A stretch of 64,000 nt of DNA from Sulfolobales archaeon. Lineage in GTDB: Archaea; Thermoproteota; Thermoprotei_A; Sulfolobales; AG1. Within the stretch, counting starts at the first letter, position 1. Every line of letters starts with the position of its first letter. The position numbers and the translations under genes are program-made. Shown here piece by piece: positions 61,719 to 64,000 of the stretch. The notes below the pieces were generated by a model, which was given only the letters and a program-made list of their open reading frames with translations, had not been told where the DNA came from and searched no databases. The stretch lies in NCBI GenBank assembly GCA_038867615.1, contig JAWBYA010000003.1, positions 1 to 64,000 of the forward strand, read 5' to 3'.

Positions 61719-63230
61719 TTGCTGCTATTTAGGAAAAGGAATAGGTCACAGGATAGGGCGAGATATGACAATGTATTTGAGATCAATATTGGTGGTAGAT
61801 CTCTCTATGCCTCTGGGTTTGAGATACTCGTAAAGGTTACTGGCAAGAAGGATAGGAGCTCTGCTAGAGATTCTGTGAGGACTGCTATCGAGAATATGAT
61901 ATATATATTGAGGGAGAGGATGCCTAGATCATCACAGATCTATGTTGTGACAAGGATAACAAAATACCTGGGAGGAACTGTGGTGATCTGTATTGATAAG
62001 AAGATAGATGTTGGACAGATCTGCAGGCTCGCATCATCAACAATCGAGGCTCTCTCGGACAGATCTGTAAAGATCAGGGAGCTTTCTGAGAAAGAGATTC
62101 TCGAGAGCCTTGTAATCCATAGAAAGTATGGTGGTAGCTTCCTGGATATGAATGCCTTTTTCGCAGAAGAGGCATCGCCATATGTAGATGAGCTGCCAGT
62201 CCCCATGATACCCCAAACCAGCGAGGGGATCTTGATAGGCGAGACCATAAGATCCAAGATAAGGCAGAAGATCTATCTACCCCTAGATACGCTTACAAGA
62301 CACATAGCGATATTCGGCTCCACAGGCTCTGGAAAATCCACCACTGCAGCAGCTATTGCTGTAAGATCTAGGGCTAAGGGTGTGAAGGTGATCATACTTG
62401 ACTGGCATGGCGAATATAGGGATCTTGTTGGCAGATCAGCTGAGCATAGATATATTAGGATAAACATGCCCATAGTCTCAACAATGCTTAGCGAGTTTAT
62501 ATCCAAACCCACATATATTCTCGAGATATTGGAGAGCGTCCTCGACCTTACCCCTGCTCAGAGCTATCTTCTATCAACAGTCCTGAGATCTCTTGGAAAT
62601 ACTAGTGGAACCAATATTTTCACAAAAATAGCCAGTCTATTGGAAGACTATAAGGGTGATGCTCGGTGGGTTTCCGAGACCAGATTCTCCCTTATGAGGA
62701 AGATCCAGCTGTTAGCCGATGAGGAGGCGAGAGCACCTATTAATAACGATGCGCTGAGCCATATACTCTCGCCAGGCCTATCCATAATAGATCTTTCTGA
62801 GATGGAGCGAGAATCACTGAAATCACTATCATCGCTAGTCATATTGAAAGTAACAGAGCTACTGTCTAAAAATAATAAGGAGTTCATGGCCACCAAAAAG
62901 CTTGTGATAGTTGATGAGGCACACCACGTGTTCAGAAGAACCGAAGGTGGATCTGTCATAGGAGATATGTTGGCAGAGACCAGAAAGTGGAACCTAGGGT
63001 TGGTGATAGTATCGCAGTCACCAAGCAGCCTTGGCGAGAACTCTCTCAAGAATACTAATACCAAGATAATCCATGCCATAAAATCCGATATAGATAGGAA
63101 AGTAATAAAGGACTCGATAGTAATTCCCAACGATATAGAGGGTATGCTACCAGCACTAGGTGTTGGCGAGGCTGTTATAGCTTCCCCGGCATATGATCTT
63201 GCAGTCCTTGCAAAGATCTACCCGCCTTAG
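61719..63230 (+). CDS. HerA/VirB4-like ATPase (DUF87; CedD-like)
   Basis: RHIAIFGSTGSGKST, LDWHGEY, VDEAH, ETRKWN, SQSPS, NTNTKIIH. Confidence 0.85.
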   Translation: MLLFRKRNRSQDRARYDNVFEINIGGRSLYASGFEILVKVTGKKDRSSARDSVRTAIENMIYILRERMPRSSQIYVVTRITKYLGGTVVICIDKKIDVGQICRLASSTIEALSDRSVKIRELSEKEILESLVIHRKYGGSFLDMNAFFAEEASPYVDELPVPMIPQTSEGILIGETIRSKIRQKIYLPLDTLTRHIAIFGSTGSGKSTTAAAIAVRSRAKGVKVIILDWHGEYRDLVGRSAEHRYIRINMPIVSTMLSEFISKPTYILEILESVLDLTPAQSYLLSTVLRSLGNTSGTNIFTKIASLLEDYKGDARWVSETRFSLMRKIQLLADEEARAPINNDALSHILSPGLSIIDLSEMERESLKSLSSLVILKVTELLSKNNKEFMATKKLVIVDEAHHVFRRTEGGSVIGDMLAETRKWNLGLVIVSQSPSSLGENSLKNTNTKIIHAIKSDIDRKVIKDSIVIPNDIEGMLPALGVGEAVIASPAYDLAVLAKIYPP

Positions 63231-63551
63231 CGATATAACCTTGAGATCTGTGTTTTATAACTAGCAACACTCTAATAGAAAAACATTAGCTAGAATCGCG
63301 AATCTTTTAATTTAGTTAAATACCATGGTCTCCTCTCACCATATTCCAGGATAAAGATTTATTAGGATACTGTTGATTTAGTTTTAGTGATGGGATGGTC
63401 TCCATATTGATTCTTAATAACAATGGAATCAATGATCCGAGCTATCTAGAGAATGATCTTCCAGCCTTAGGTACGAATCTCATTCAGCTAGATCTAACAA
63501 TAACACGTGATCCCACAGGAATAGAGATCCCCATAGGCGAGGTGGAAATCC

Positions 63552-64000
63552 CTGAGCATCATTCAGGGACAAATGGTTTGTGAGGGTTACTATCTAGAAC
63601 TATTCGACAAAAGCATATGGGTCGTGAAGGGATGCTGCCATGAAGAATCCAGAGTAGCGGCGATGCCAAGGCTTGTTGGCGGTCGTAAGTATAAGGACTA
63701 TAGATCCTCATACAATGTGGTTAGGAATAGCTATGGGCATTACCTTTCAAAACCCCTCTTTACAGCTAGAGAGATCCCTATGGTGCCTGTGAGTGATATT
63801 AAGGCTGTGATCCCACCGTATAGGATGCCTAGATGCTATGATAACACTGCTCTAAGCACGGCTGCCCGCGAGATCATAGAGATCCTGGAGAAGCATGTTG
63901 GGGGAGAATGGATGATCACCGGGAGTCTCCTTTACTGCGCCGTTGATGAGAGATCCGATATAGATGTGATCAGCTATTCAGCCGGACCCGAGCACTTGAA
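63552..64000 (+). CDS. Pol-beta-type nucleotidyltransferase (COG1665-like), partial, runs off window
   Basis: Open frame ...MVCEGYYLEL...ITGSLLY....SDIDV; start CTG 63552 (after GAGGTGG) or ATG 63573. Confidence 0.75.
   Translation, partial: MSIIQGQMVCEGYYLELFDKSIWVVKGCCHEESRVAAMPRLVGGRKYKDYRSSYNVVRNSYGHYLSKPLFTAREIPMVPVSDIKAVIPPYRMPRCYDNTALSTAAREIIEILEKHVGGEWMITGSLLYCAVDERSDIDVISYSAGPEHL

Noticed and set aside
2579-63130. Numerous ORFs antisense to identified genes (e.g. 19420-19965, 31182-31751, 45486-46190)
   Set aside because: Ser/Leu/Ile-rich antisense shadows typical of this codon usage.
63395-63583. 62-aa ORF
   Set aside because: No motif, and it overlaps the start region of the nucleotidyltransferase in another frame.

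Overview
64 kb of the chromosome of a hyperthermophilic crenarchaeon (class Thermoprotei, Sulfolobales/Desulfurococcales-like). Markers: reverse gyrase, thermosome alpha, Rpo6, Cbf5/fibrillarin/Nop5, NucS, Nre, CedA/CedA1, TFB3-like protein, class II LysRS. Most of the window is housekeeping: a fatty-acid/acyl-CoA cluster, an acyl-CoA mutase operon, argGH, ribBCH, sucC, thrS, lysS and prs. No rRNA, tRNA, CRISPR array or intact transposase was seen. The most interesting material is not in the ORF track. (1) At least 8 short non-autonomous elements in two families appear to be derived from tnpB 3' ends. They keep the region that encodes the omega-RNA in tnpB elements, most end in GG, and one sits 11 nt upstream of, and in frame with, rpo6. 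(2) A 51-aa microprotein is 40/51 Glu, punctuated by Phe/Trp. (3) An H/ACA hairpin is joined directly to a C/D-box guide RNA, and both probably target tRNA. (4) The B12 mutase has isobutyryl-CoA-mutase-type specificity residues and is co-transcribed with a BtuF-like protein lacking a signal peptide. (5) Several genes appear to need CTG/ACG start codons. (6) A secreted RTX-type Ca-binding repeat protein is frameshifted at a G-run. All calls come from reading motifs by eye; no database searches were run.
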